Below, one piece after another: positions 26,375 to 36,340 of a stretch of 64,000 bases of DNA (positions are counted from its first letter, which is position 1; the number at the start of each line of letters is the position of its first letter). Source of the DNA: an uncultured Gammaproteobacteria bacterium (GTDB lineage Bacteria; Patescibacteriota; Microgenomatia; Levybacterales; UBA12049). Below the pieces are notes generated by a model that was not told the origin of the DNA, did not search any database, and saw only the letters and a list, made by a program, of their open reading frames with translations. Location: the NCBI GenBank assembly GCA_964637955.1, contig CAZWXQ010000002.1:71782-135781 (forward strand), read 5' to 3'. The translations under genes and the position numbers were made by a program.

Positions 26375-29194
26375 ATGATTCAAATAATTAGAGTATTTTC
26401 AAAAAATGAAAGTGATGATTTAAAAGGGAAAGAAATTTTAAATCAATTTAAAGATCCGAATATAAAAAAGTTAAGGACTGCCAGAATTTATAGACTTGAG
26501 GGAGTAGATAGGAAAACTGCAAAATTTTTGGCAGAAAAGTTATTCTCCGAGTCAATAAGCCAAGATTATTCTATTGATAAACCCATATTTGTTGTTAAAT
26601 CAAAAGTTGAAATAGCATATAAACCCGGAGTCATGAATCCTGAAGTTGCTTCTATCTTAAAAGCAGCGAAAGATTTGAAGATAAAATTACTCGCAGCGGA
26701 TTCATCAACTGAATTTTATTTTTTTGGAAAAATTGAAAATGCAAAAGCACTAGAATTAATTAATAAGCACCAAATATATAATCCACTTATAGAATACATT
26801 GTAGAAAAATCTCCCAAAACACTTTTTATTAAAGGAAAAATTGGATCAACAAGAATAATTGGAATTCGAATAATGTCAAATGAGGAAATGATGTTTTTGT
26901 CAAAAGACAAATTGTTTTTAAATCTCGAAGAAATGAAAGTTATTCAAAGTTACTTTCAAAAAATTAAAAGAGATCCAACGGATTTAGAGTTAGAAACACT
27001 GGCTCAAACTTGGAGCGAGCACTGCGCCCATAAAACGTTTAAAGCAGATTTAATAATCGATGGTAAAAAGAAAAAGCCTTTAATTGATCGAATTCGAGAT
27101 GAGGCTTTGAAGCATGACGAGAATATCGTTTCAGCATTTGGCGATAATTCTGGAGTAATGAGATTTTATGATGGGTTTTCTATTTGTGGGAAAGTAGAGA
27201 CCCATAACAGCCCCTCTGCAATTGAGCCTTACGGTGGAGCAATGACCGGATCTGGTGGGGTATTTCGAGATATTCTCGGTACTGGGCAAGGAGCAAAAAC
27301 TATCGCATCAACTGATATTTTTTGTTTTGCAAATCCAGATTTAAGCAAAAATGATTTACCACCAGGATGTCTTAGACCGGAATATCTTTTAAAAAGAGTA
27401 GTGATGGGAGTAAGAGATTATGGAAATAGAATGGGAATTCCAACAAATAATGGTTCCGTACATTTTCATAATGATTTTCGTGCAAAACCCACAGTTATAG
27501 TCGGTGCATATGGAATTATTCCTACAAAAAAAGCTAAAAAAGGAAAGCCTGCAAATGGAGATTTAATTATTGCTGTTGGTGGAAGGACAGGGAGAGATGG
27601 AGTTCATGGTGCTACTTTTTCCTCTGCAGAAATGACTGATAAGACAATTTCTATCAATTCATCTGCAGTTCAAATTGGAAATGCGATTGAAGAAAAAAGA
27701 ATGTTCGATGCAATAATTGAAGCCCGTGATCAGGATTTAATACGAGCAATCACAGATTGTGGAGCTGGAGGATTTTCTTCAGCAATTGGTGAAATAGGAT
27801 CAGAAACTGGAGTTAAAGTAGATTTGTCTCTTGCACCTCTTAAATATCACGGACTTTCTCCTTGGGAAATTTGGGTATCAGAATCTCAAGAAAGAATGAT
27901 ACTCGCAGTATCGAAAAAGAGCAGTAAAAAAGTTTTAGAAATTTGTAAAAAGTTTAATGTGGAGGCAACAGTGCTTGGTAAATTCACAAATACAAAAAAA
28001 CTAGAAATATTTTATGGAAAAAAACGAATTGGTAATTTGTCGATGGAGTTTCTGCATCACGGATTGCCTCAAAGAACTATGGTTGGAAAAAAACCAAGAG
28101 TTAAGATTGTGTCTAAAAAAGAACAAAGTGTTCCAAATAATGAAAAAGAATGGATCGACGTTTTTAAGAAAGTTCTAGCGAATGGAAATGTAAATTCTAA
28201 AGAGCCAATTGTAAGAATGTACGATCATAGTGTTCAAGGAACAAATGATTTACAGCCGTACGGAGGAGTAGATCTAGATGCGCCAAACAACAGTGCAGTT
28301 CTTAGGCCGATTCTAAACAAAAAATATGGAATGGTTTTGTCTCACGGCTTAAATCCTGTTTTAAATAATATCGATCCATATGGTGGAGGTATTTGGGCTG
28401 GAGTCGAAGCTCTAAGTAATTATGTCTCAGTCGGAGGAGATATAGAAAATGCATCTTTAATAAATAATTATATTTGGCCATTTCCAGATGAAGAGTCTTT
28501 ATGGTCACTTGATAAATCAGTTGACGCAGTAATCGATTTAATGAAAGGTTTAAAAATACCAGTTATATCTGGAAAAGATAGCTTATCTTCCACATACAGA
28601 AAAGGAGACATGGTTATTAAAATTCCTCCGGTTTTATGCATTTCTGCTTTTGGGAGAATTCCTGATACAACAAAAACTATAAGTTCGGATTTAAAAAAGG
28701 ACAGCTCACTAATTTGCTTGATAGGTAATTTGGACACTGATTCTATGGGAGGATCTGTATATTTTGATGTGAACAATTTGATTGGAGATAGTGTTCCAAA
28801 AATAAACTTAAAAGAATTCGGAAAGCTTGCTAAGCAAATAAATAAAGGGATTGTAAGCGGAGATATTTTATCTTGTCATGATATTTCAGAAGGTGGAATT
28901 CTAACTTCTGCTTTTGAAATGTGCATAGGAGGAAATATTGGCATGAGTTTGAAAATTTCAAAAAATAAAAGGCCAGATTATTTCTTATTTAATGAAACGG
29001 CAGGAACTTTTTTAATAGAAGTAGAAAATAAAAAAATAGCAGAAAAAATATTTGGAAAAAATAATTTTATAGTTCTAGGAAAAACACAAAAAGAAAAATC
29101 AGTTGATGTAATAAATGGTGAAAAAATATTTAGTGCAGATTTGTTCGAATTAAAAAAAGCTTGGCAAAAACCAATGAAGAGAATATTTTCATAA
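26375..29194 (+). CDS. purL: phosphoribosylformylglycinamidine synthase subunit PurL with two PurS-like domains fused at the N-terminus (PurS-PurS-PurL, 939 aa)
   Basis: PurL core WSEHCAHKTF...GGAMTGSGGVFRD...TDCGAGGFSSAIGE. It is preceded by ~200 aa containing two ~85-aa modules (MIQIIRVFSKNE... and VKSKVEIAYKPGVMNPE...) with PurS-like beta-alpha topology. Confidence 0.85.
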   Translation: MIQIIRVFSKNESDDLKGKEILNQFKDPNIKKLRTARIYRLEGVDRKTAKFLAEKLFSESISQDYSIDKPIFVVKSKVEIAYKPGVMNPEVASILKAAKDLKIKLLAADSSTEFYFFGKIENAKALELINKHQIYNPLIEYIVEKSPKTLFIKGKIGSTRIIGIRIMSNEEMMFLSKDKLFLNLEEMKVIQSYFQKIKRDPTDLELETLAQTWSEHCAHKTFKADLIIDGKKKKPLIDRIRDEALKHDENIVSAFGDNSGVMRFYDGFSICGKVETHNSPSAIEPYGGAMTGSGGVFRDILGTGQGAKTIASTDIFCFANPDLSKNDLPPGCLRPEYLLKRVVMGVRDYGNRMGIPTNNGSVHFHNDFRAKPTVIVGAYGIIPTKKAKKGKPANGDLIIAVGGRTGRDGVHGATFSSAEMTDKTISINSSAVQIGNAIEEKRMFDAIIEARDQDLIRAITDCGAGGFSSAIGEIGSETGVKVDLSLAPLKYHGLSPWEIWVSESQERMILAVSKKSSKKVLEICKKFNVEATVLGKFTNTKKLEIFYGKKRIGNLSMEFLHHGLPQRTMVGKKPRVKIVSKKEQSVPNNEKEWIDVFKKVLANGNVNSKEPIVRMYDHSVQGTNDLQPYGGVDLDAPNNSAVLRPILNKKYGMVLSHGLNPVLNNIDPYGGGIWAGVEALSNYVSVGGDIENASLINNYIWPFPDEESLWSLDKSVDAVIDLMKGLKIPVISGKDSLSSTYRKGDMVIKIPPVLCISAFGRIPDTTKTISSDLKKDSSLICLIGNLDTDSMGGSVYFDVNNLIGDSVPKINLKEFGKLAKQINKGIVSGDILSCHDISEGGILTSAFEMCIGGNIGMSLKISKNKRPDYFLFNETAGTFLIEVENKKIAEKIFGKNNFIVLGKTQKEKSVDVINGEKIFSADLFELKKAWQKPMKRIFS

Positions 29195-29196
29195 AA

Positions 29197-29982
29197 ATGA
29201 AAAAACCAAAAGCAATAATTATAAAAGCGGACGGAATTAATAGGGATTATGAAATGATGTTTGCGTTTAATCTTGCAGGAGCAGATGCAAAGGTCGTGCA
29301 TATTAACGACTTAAGATCAAAAAAAGAAATATTAAGTGACTATCAGATTTTGGGAATTCCAGGAGGATTTGCTTATGGAGATGATATAGTTTCAGGAAAA
29401 ATATTGGCAACGGAAATGATCGCATATCTTGGAGATGAAATTAGAAAGTTTGTAAAACGCTCAAATACAGCAGTGATTGGGGTTTGTAATGGATTTCAGG
29501 TTCTTGTGAGAACGGGACTTGTACCATTTGGAAATCTTGGGGAGATGGATGTGACTTTAGTAAATAATGATTCAGGACATTTTGAATGCAGATGGGTAAG
29601 AGTGAAAGTGGAGAATAATTCTAAATCAAAGTTTTTAAAAAATATCGAGGACGAAATATTTTGGTATCCGGTAGCGCATGGTGAAGGAAAATTCATTGCA
29701 GATCCAAAAATTATCTCACGAGTTGAAAAAGAAAATTTAGTTACGTTTAGATATGTCGATGAATCTGGATTACCAACTCAAAACTATCCAGAAAACCCAA
29801 ATGGTTCAATTAATGCAATCGTTGGGATAAGCGATGAATCTGGAAGAGTAATTGGGCTTATGCCTCATCCTGAATGTTTTGTTAGAATCGAGCAGCATCC
29901 CAACTGGAGAAGGGGAGGTGTAAAATCTCCTGACGGATTACCTTTATTTAAAAATATTGTTGATTTTGTAAAAAAGGTATGA
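29197..29982 (+). CDS. purQ: phosphoribosylformylglycinamidine synthase glutamine amidotransferase subunit PurQ. Start at the ATG at 29197; the track start at 29161 is an in-frame TTG inside purL.
   Basis: MKKPKAIIIKADGINRDYEMMFAFNLAGADAKVV..., GIPGGFAYGDD, the nucleophile in IGVCNGFQVL, and the HPE motif in GLMPHPECF. Confidence 0.85.
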   Translation: MKKPKAIIIKADGINRDYEMMFAFNLAGADAKVVHINDLRSKKEILSDYQILGIPGGFAYGDDIVSGKILATEMIAYLGDEIRKFVKRSNTAVIGVCNGFQVLVRTGLVPFGNLGEMDVTLVNNDSGHFECRWVRVKVENNSKSKFLKNIEDEIFWYPVAHGEGKFIADPKIISRVEKENLVTFRYVDESGLPTQNYPENPNGSINAIVGISDESGRVIGLMPHPECFVRIEQHPNWRRGGVKSPDGLPLFKNIVDFVKKV

Positions 29983-30836
29983 AGATTGGATTATTCTCAA
30001 CATTTGCAGATAAGGAAGCATATGATTTAGTTAACGCTGTGCAAGACAGTGTTTCAACGGGAAAAATACCAGATTCAGAGATTTCATTCGTTTTTTCTAA
30101 TCGAGATATTGGCGAGAATCCTACCACTGATAGAATTTTAGGAGATTTGATACATCGAAGGTTCCCCTTGATTAAATCTTCTGCATATAAGTTTGATACA
30201 CGTGGTAGAGTTTTGGCAAGAATAGCTGAATCCGGTGGAGATGAAAGGTTAATCAAAGATTGGCGAAATAGATATGGGGAAGAGATTCAGAGGAAATTAC
30301 CCGACACGGATATTGATTTGCTATTAGGAGACATGTGGATATGGGGAGACAGAATGGTAAATGAACGCACTGCATATAATCTGCATCCAGCACTTCCAGG
30401 GGGCCCCAAAGGTGAATGGTATAAAGTAATTTGGGATTTAATAGAGCAAAACGAGGAAAAGGCAGGAGTGATGATGCATAAATTAACTCCTGAGCTCGAT
30501 GAAGGGCCACCAGTTTCATTTGCAGAATATTCAATAAGAGGACCAGAGTTTGATTACTTATGGCCATTATTGCCACCTGATCCCGAGCATAGGCAAATGG
30601 TTATTGATCATGAACGATCACTTCGAGGAAAAACTAGACATCCACTCCATAAAGAAATAAGGGAAAAGGGTTTTGCGCGAGAAATACCATTGGTAATTCA
30701 AACGACAAAAGCTCTGGCTGAGGGTAGGATTGAGATTGAAGGAGGAGCGCCAGTAGATCTCACTTGGGAAGTTGATCAGGCATTAAATTTGCGATTGCAA
30801 GGAATAGAAGGACAATCAAGAAAGGAGGTGAATTAA
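29979..30836 (+). CDS. PurN-like formyltransferase (GAR transformylase family) with a ~80-aa C-terminal extension
   Basis: YNLHPALPGGPKG (PurN NLHPSLLP), LDEGPPVSF (PurN DAGPII catalytic Asp region) and ISFVFSNR. ATGA start overlap with purQ. GC is clearly elevated. Confidence 0.6.
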   Translation: MKIGLFSTFADKEAYDLVNAVQDSVSTGKIPDSEISFVFSNRDIGENPTTDRILGDLIHRRFPLIKSSAYKFDTRGRVLARIAESGGDERLIKDWRNRYGEEIQRKLPDTDIDLLLGDMWIWGDRMVNERTAYNLHPALPGGPKGEWYKVIWDLIEQNEEKAGVMMHKLTPELDEGPPVSFAEYSIRGPEFDYLWPLLPPDPEHRQMVIDHERSLRGKTRHPLHKEIREKGFAREIPLVIQTTKALAEGRIEIEGGAPVDLTWEVDQALNLRLQGIEGQSRKEVN

Positions 30837-30838
30837 TT

Positions 30839-31954
30839 ATGGATTTAAAACCAAAAGTTTTATTTACAGACGGAGAAGGGCCATTGGTAAAACTTGATTT
30901 AGCACAAGAAATAATGGGAAGAATTACCTTTGAACATCAAGGAGAAGAAATTAATGGAAAAGATTTTTTTGGTATCTTAAGTTTCTATGATGATTATCTT
31001 GCAGAAGTTGGGACAGAGGGCTATCAGGCAGGGGATACTCTGGCGCTTATTGGGCCTCATCTTATAGCGCATGGAATTACCGATGAGGATGTTTTGGAAG
31101 AAGCAAGAAGAGCTGAGGTTTCTCCAGGAGCTGAAGCATATATTTCAGGATTAAAAGGAGATGGATGGGACGTAAGAGTTATTTCAACAGCATACAGACC
31201 CATGTGGGATTTGGTTGGAAATTATCTCGGGATTCCTAAGGAGGATATTGCTTGTACTGATCTTTCTTTATCTAGTTTAAGACAAAGATATGGAAATGAT
31301 GATTTCAATTCTTTCGTTCAAATGAGAGAACAAAGCATTCTTGGTTTAATGAGTCTTGCAAAAGAAGCGATGGAAACTCCTGGGAGCGTGGTGGATGTGT
31401 TTAACAATCTTAAATTCCACGAACTTCGAGACACATTGAATGAATTTTATTTTAAAGATTTACGTCAGTGGTTTGGCTATGAAACTCTTGAAGCGATCAG
31501 GGTCATGGGAGGCAGGAGAAAGGTTGAAGCAGCACAAAGATTCGCAAATGATTTGGGAGTAGATATGGGGAGCATTGCTTATGTGGGAGATAGTATTACG
31601 GATAAAGCAATGATGTTTGAGTTGAGAGAAAGAGGCGGACTTCCAATCGCTATAAATGGAAATGATTTTGCTCTTGAAGGAGCAGTTGCATCTGTTGCAA
31701 CTAAAGATAATGTGGGAGCGGTTCGTCCTCTTCTTGATGCATGGCAAGGGGGCGGTATTGACGAGGTTTCAAGATTTGTAAGACAATCACATGAGCCTAT
31801 TTCATTTGGTCGAGAAAGAGAAGCGGGACATGAAAGACCTGATGGGGCACAGTACTGGATTAGGTTAAATGGAGAAGCATTTTTGCCAAATGAAAAAGCT
31901 GCTCATAAAGCAGCTAGAAAAGAAATAAGAGGAATAGCAGCTGATCTTGGGTAG
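30839..31954 (+). CDS. hypothetical protein with HAD-like motifs (371 aa)
   Basis: VGDSITDKAMM (HAD motif IV-like GDxxxD) and N-terminal FTDGEGPL (degenerate motif I). Assignment is weak. GC is elevated. Confidence 0.4.
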   Translation: MDLKPKVLFTDGEGPLVKLDLAQEIMGRITFEHQGEEINGKDFFGILSFYDDYLAEVGTEGYQAGDTLALIGPHLIAHGITDEDVLEEARRAEVSPGAEAYISGLKGDGWDVRVISTAYRPMWDLVGNYLGIPKEDIACTDLSLSSLRQRYGNDDFNSFVQMREQSILGLMSLAKEAMETPGSVVDVFNNLKFHELRDTLNEFYFKDLRQWFGYETLEAIRVMGGRRKVEAAQRFANDLGVDMGSIAYVGDSITDKAMMFELRERGGLPIAINGNDFALEGAVASVATKDNVGAVRPLLDAWQGGGIDEVSRFVRQSHEPISFGREREAGHERPDGAQYWIRLNGEAFLPNEKAAHKAARKEIRGIAADLG

Positions 31955-31962
31955 ATTTAATT

Positions 31963-32496
31963 ATGGGAAAAAGCATAAATAACTGGTATGTGGTGACCGG
32001 CGGGCCTTCTAGTGGTAAGACAACGATTTTAGAATATCTTGGGAAAATGAGATATAAAGTTTATTACGAATGGGCAAGAATTCTTATCGATCAAGAATTG
32101 GCTAAGGGTTTAAAAATAGAAGAGATCAGAAAAGATGAAATGAAATTTCAGGAAAAAGTTCTTGATTTGAAAATTAATTTTGAAAAGAAATTAGATCCAA
32201 AAGATCAAATATTCATGGAAAGGGGAATTCCTGATACGCAGGCATATTTAAATTTTACAAAAGCTAAAATTAAACCTTCATGGAATAAAGCAATTAAAAA
32301 ATCTAATTATAAAAAAGTATTTATTATGGAGATTGGAGAATTTAAAAAGGATTATGCGAGAACGGAAAGTGCAGAAGAGGCGATGGAGATTGACAGATTA
32401 CTTTCGAGAAGTTATAAAAGTTTAGATATTCCTGTCGTTCGAGTTCCTTTTATGACAGTTTCCAAAAGGGCAAAATTTATTTTAGATAATTTATGA
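31963..32496 (+). CDS. AAA_28/NadR-type P-loop ATPase (predicted small-molecule kinase)
   Basis: WYVVTGGPSSGKTTILEYL Walker A in a ~175-aa protein, typical of the AAA_28 family. Confidence 0.55.
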   Translation: MGKSINNWYVVTGGPSSGKTTILEYLGKMRYKVYYEWARILIDQELAKGLKIEEIRKDEMKFQEKVLDLKINFEKKLDPKDQIFMERGIPDTQAYLNFTKAKIKPSWNKAIKKSNYKKVFIMEIGEFKKDYARTESAEEAMEIDRLLSRSYKSLDIPVVRVPFMTVSKRAKFILDNL

Positions 32497-33434
32497 AGAG
32501 ACATTTAGTTTTAGCAGATTATGATGGGACGCTCGCGAATACTTCTCAGAAATCACCGCGAGGAAAGAATGTGGAAAGCGCATCAATGCTTGCTGTTCAT
32601 TCTGTGTTTGGAGAAGTAGGGGTGCGTGCTTTTCATAAGCTTGGGGGAGTTAAGAGTCGTGAGCCTGGAGAGTTAGTAGAAAAAATAAGAATAGTGACGG
32701 GAAAGACTGATGTCCCGCAAAATGAAGCAACTGAAATGTTTGTTGCTTCAAAGTTAAGATATCTCTTAAGAGAAGTTGGTTCAAACTGGCCACGATTTTA
32801 CCCAGGAGCAATTGATTTTTTAAAAAAGGCTACTACGGATGGATATTTTGCAGATGTCGGAATTATCTCGTCGGGACATGATGCATTCATTAATCGTTCT
32901 CTTGAAAAAAATGGAATTGATTCTTCAAGACTAATCATCGTAACAAGTGACCTTATTCGTCAGAAGCCAATGCCAGAAAGACCAAGATATAAGCCACATT
33001 CTTCTCAATTTGCAGAGGCTCATAAAAGATGGCTTGATATGCACGGTGGTCTTCCTAAATCTAATGATAGATATGGCAAAGAGTTGTATTTAGGGAGGGG
33101 CTTAGGAAAGCCAAACATTTTATATATAGGAGATAGTGTTGAGAAAGATGGGGGCTTGGCAAAAGAAGCAAGAGTTCCATTTATTTTTGTGCCAAATACT
33201 GAGCAGGGAATTGATCTACAGGGAAATGCTCAAATCAGAGCTGACGCGGGATTTTTAGAAATTAATGAAATGCTTGATCTAATGAATGGAAATGAAGCGC
33301 TCCGAGAGCAATCATTTGCTCAAGTGCTTTTTAGCGTAGAAGATTCTGAATTATTTCCTCCGCCTATGGAAAGCGATAGGCCTTGGCCAAGAATTATGAG
33401 AGAAGGAGCCGGAAGGATGATGGAAAGAAGATGA
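32493..33434 (+). CDS. HAD-superfamily hydrolase
   Basis: Motif I LADYDGTL and motif IV ILYIGDSVEKDGGLAKEARVPFIFV. Confidence 0.6.
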   Translation: MKRHLVLADYDGTLANTSQKSPRGKNVESASMLAVHSVFGEVGVRAFHKLGGVKSREPGELVEKIRIVTGKTDVPQNEATEMFVASKLRYLLREVGSNWPRFYPGAIDFLKKATTDGYFADVGIISSGHDAFINRSLEKNGIDSSRLIIVTSDLIRQKPMPERPRYKPHSSQFAEAHKRWLDMHGGLPKSNDRYGKELYLGRGLGKPNILYIGDSVEKDGGLAKEARVPFIFVPNTEQGIDLQGNAQIRADAGFLEINEMLDLMNGNEALREQSFAQVLFSVEDSELFPPPMESDRPWPRIMREGAGRMMERR

Positions 33435-34531
33435 AAAGAATTACTTACTCTCAAGTCGGGGATAATTATGATACCAAAGATCCGATAAAGAAATTATTTC
33501 AAAATTCTGCAAACTCAACAGGTATTAATTTAAGATCTCATGGATTTAGTGAAGTAACAGATTCCAGAGGAGAATCTGCTTATGTTTGGAAGCAAGGTAA
33601 TATTTATATGGCATCAGTTATAGAAGGGTTGGGAACTAAAAATTTAATAGCTGATGACACTAGAAAATTTGCTAAGAGAACATACTACGACGTAATAGCG
33701 CATGATACAGTTGCTACGATTATTAATGATTTAGTTTCAGTTGGGGCAACGCCTCTCACTTTAAATGCATACTGGGCAATTGAAAATAACGACTGGTTAC
33801 AAGATCGCGAGAGAATGACAGATTTAATAACAGGTTGGAAGAAGGCATGTGATATTGCTGGAGTTTCTTGGGGAGGCGGAGAAACACCAACTCTTAAGCA
33901 AATTGTAGTTCCTGGAGTTGCAGAATTTGGAGGTTCAGCTGTTGGGATTATAAAAAATCAAAAAAATCTTGTAACAGATAAAAAATTAAAAGCTGGAGAT
34001 AAAATAATTTTTATAAAAAGTAATGGGGTTAATGCAAATGGAATTTCATTAACGCGTGCTATCGCTAAAAAATTACCTAAAGGATACGGCACACTTCTTG
34101 ATAATAATAAAACATATGGAGAAAGTTTGCTTACAAAGTCCAACATTTATGCAAAAGTCATTCAAGACTTACAAAAAGAAAAAATTGATATTCATTATAT
34201 TTCCAATATCACAGGACATGGAATGCGAAAAATAATGCGAGGAAAACCAAGTTTCACATATGTAATTGAAAAAGTATTTAAACCTCAACCAGTGTTTGAT
34301 TTTATTGCAAAACATGCAGGACTTGATGACAATGAAATGTATCAAACTTATAACATGGGTCAAGATTATGCTTTGTTTATTCCCGAAAAAGATGCTAAAA
34401 AAACTTTAAAAATAATTGAGAAAAATAAATTCAAGGCGATAGATGCAGGATATGTGGAAAAAGGAGAGAAGCAGGTTGTGATAAGGCCAAAAAACTTAAT
34501 TTTTAAAGGCGAGACGTTGGATCTAAGATAA
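33431..34531 (+). CDS. purM: phosphoribosylformylglycinamidine cyclo-ligase (AIR synthetase, PurM), long form. Start at the ATG at 33431, an ATGA overlap with the upstream stop.
   Basis: EGLGTKNLIADD (PurM GVGTK motif), NDLVSVGATPL and NITGHGMRK. The track start at 33383 would overlap the upstream gene by 52 nt. Confidence 0.75.
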   Translation: MKRITYSQVGDNYDTKDPIKKLFQNSANSTGINLRSHGFSEVTDSRGESAYVWKQGNIYMASVIEGLGTKNLIADDTRKFAKRTYYDVIAHDTVATIINDLVSVGATPLTLNAYWAIENNDWLQDRERMTDLITGWKKACDIAGVSWGGGETPTLKQIVVPGVAEFGGSAVGIIKNQKNLVTDKKLKAGDKIIFIKSNGVNANGISLTRAIAKKLPKGYGTLLDNNKTYGESLLTKSNIYAKVIQDLQKEKIDIHYISNITGHGMRKIMRGKPSFTYVIEKVFKPQPVFDFIAKHAGLDDNEMYQTYNMGQDYALFIPEKDAKKTLKIIEKNKFKAIDAGYVEKGEKQVVIRPKNLIFKGETLDLR

Positions 34532-34537
34532 GCGAAA

Positions 34538-35710
34538 TTATTTATTTAATTCTATAGCCTCTTTGAGATTTTGATTATAGAATAAAGCTTTTTCAAATTC
34601 TGATTTAGCTGCTAGAGAATTTCCTTGTTTTTCATATATTTTTCCTCGCAGAATATAAAGTTCAGAAAAAGCTCTGTTTTGATTATTTAGGATTTGTTCT
34701 GAAATTTCCAAAACTCTGGCGTCGTTTCCTAGTTCGTAGTAAGATTTGATTGGTTCTGTTTGATACCAAAGAGTGCGAAAGGGAAGCTGACTTTCTACTT
34801 TTTCAAATTCTTCAACTGATTTTTGAAATTCACCCAAATGGTAATAGGCAACAGATAAGTTAAATCTGTCATCGATATTGTTTGGAGTTGTTTCAAGTTC
34901 TTTTAAAGAATTATTTTTGGCTTTTTCCCAAGCTATTTTTTCATCAATATCCTCGTCAATGATTTGTTTAGCAATATCTTCTTTTTCTTTTGGTACCAAA
35001 ACCAAATACTCATAGTTAAATTTTTTCCAAAGTTCATTAAAGTCTTCATAAGAGTACTGAAGATCATGTCCCTGAAGTGAATCGTCCTGAATAAATACTT
35101 TTTGATTATCGTCATAACCCTTAACGACTCTAAAATGTCCTATGTCCTCAGTGGTTTTGGTCCAGGTACGTGCAATTATGGGCATTCCATTTGCGATAAA
35201 TTGTTTTAGAATTTGATCATTTCCCATTGGGCGAAGAAATGGAACTAAATCATACTCTTTAGATTTCTGCGCAACTTCCTCAAAGGTCACTGATTTATCA
35301 TCATTGTCGCCGCCCGGGATTTGATAAGGCCTGAGCGATTGACCTAAAATTTCCTGACTTACATTAATACCATAAAATCTTAAAGCCATTGATAACGCCG
35401 CAGGTCCGCAGTTGTTAAAGCTTTGGAAAATGTGATATGAGCCATTTGAAAGAATTGTTGATGAGGGAATGGGAGGTAGGGCATAGGGAGTAGAAGTGGG
35501 AGGGAGAGACGATTTATCATTTATGATTGATGATTTATTAATTAAGTCTGAAGTATTATTGATCGGAGTTTTATCTAAAGGAATAATTATTTCTTTAAAA
35601 ATAAATGAAAGAATTATAGACGAAATTAATATGATGATAAAGATAAGTAAGACATTTAGTTTTCCAGATTTTATTTCAGATTCATTTGTATTTTTGATAG
35701 AATTCTTCAT
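34538..35710 (-). CDS. membrane-anchored peptidase C39-like domain protein with C-terminal TPR repeats
   Basis: NCGPAALSMALRFYGINVS, a Cys-containing motif of the Peptidase_C39_2 type, with a His in GHFRVVKGYDD. An N-terminal TM helix and C-terminal TPR-like helices (AYYHLGEFQKSVEEFEK...) complete the protein. Confidence 0.6.
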   Translation of the reverse strand: MKNSIKNTNESEIKSGKLNVLLIFIIILISSIILSFIFKEIIIPLDKTPINNTSDLINKSSIINDKSSLPPTSTPYALPPIPSSTILSNGSYHIFQSFNNCGPAALSMALRFYGINVSQEILGQSLRPYQIPGGDNDDKSVTFEEVAQKSKEYDLVPFLRPMGNDQILKQFIANGMPIIARTWTKTTEDIGHFRVVKGYDDNQKVFIQDDSLQGHDLQYSYEDFNELWKKFNYEYLVLVPKEKEDIAKQIIDEDIDEKIAWEKAKNNSLKELETTPNNIDDRFNLSVAYYHLGEFQKSVEEFEKVESQLPFRTLWYQTEPIKSYYELGNDARVLEISEQILNNQNRAFSELYILRGKIYEKQGNSLAAKSEFEKALFYNQNLKEAIELNK

Positions 35711-36316
35711 ATGAAAAGTTTAATTGTTCTTGTTTCAATTATATTTATATCCGCAGTTTTGGCTGGTCTTACATTTTACTCTAAAAATGATTTAAAAGAT
35801 AATAAATTTGATGTTTCTCAAAAAAAATATTGGTTTGTTTTAAATAGAAAATCAGGCACCGAAAATTTATATCTAGGAACTCCTGGCGAGGCTAACAATA
35901 GTAAATTAGTAAGATCTTTTCAAGTAAAGACAGGAGCTGCTTGGTCTCCAACTCCTCATCCTAAGCTCGTCGGAAGAGATTATTGGAAAATAATAAAAAA
36001 AGAATCTTCTGCATATAATCCTGATACTGCTCCTTACTTTCTGCAGCTGGATATTCCTACAAGTAATGAGTGGCCATATGGCCCCGTTCCATATACTGAA
36101 TGTAAAGATGTTAATTCTGGGGAGAGTATTCAGTGCGATTGGGTTCTGCCAGGATATTTTGGGCTCCACGGCGTAGGTGGAAATCCAGCCAAACTTTCTA
36201 AAGAAGATTATGGAAGTTCGGGATGTATTAGGCACAGGGATGAAGATATTAGTTATTTATTTAACCTCTTAAATCCAGAAAAAGAAGAAATTAGATATTA
36301 CGTTGAAGATAACTAG
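35711..36316 (+). CDS. L,D-transpeptidase (YkuD domain)
   Basis: GLHGVGGNPAKLSKEDYGSSGCIRHRDEDISYLFNLL carries the catalytic His and the SxGCIR Cys motif. N-terminal signal/anchor. Confidence 0.75.
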   Translation: MKSLIVLVSIIFISAVLAGLTFYSKNDLKDNKFDVSQKKYWFVLNRKSGTENLYLGTPGEANNSKLVRSFQVKTGAAWSPTPHPKLVGRDYWKIIKKESSAYNPDTAPYFLQLDIPTSNEWPYGPVPYTECKDVNSGESIQCDWVLPGYFGLHGVGGNPAKLSKEDYGSSGCIRHRDEDISYLFNLLNPEKEEIRYYVEDN

Positions 36317-36340
36317 GTAGCTTTGGTATAATTTTAACTC

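Noticed and set aside
29161-29196. TTG-initiated 5' extension of purQ overlapping the purL 3' end
   Set aside because: An ATG at 29197 immediately follows the purL stop and gives the canonical PurQ N-terminus (MKKPKAIII...).
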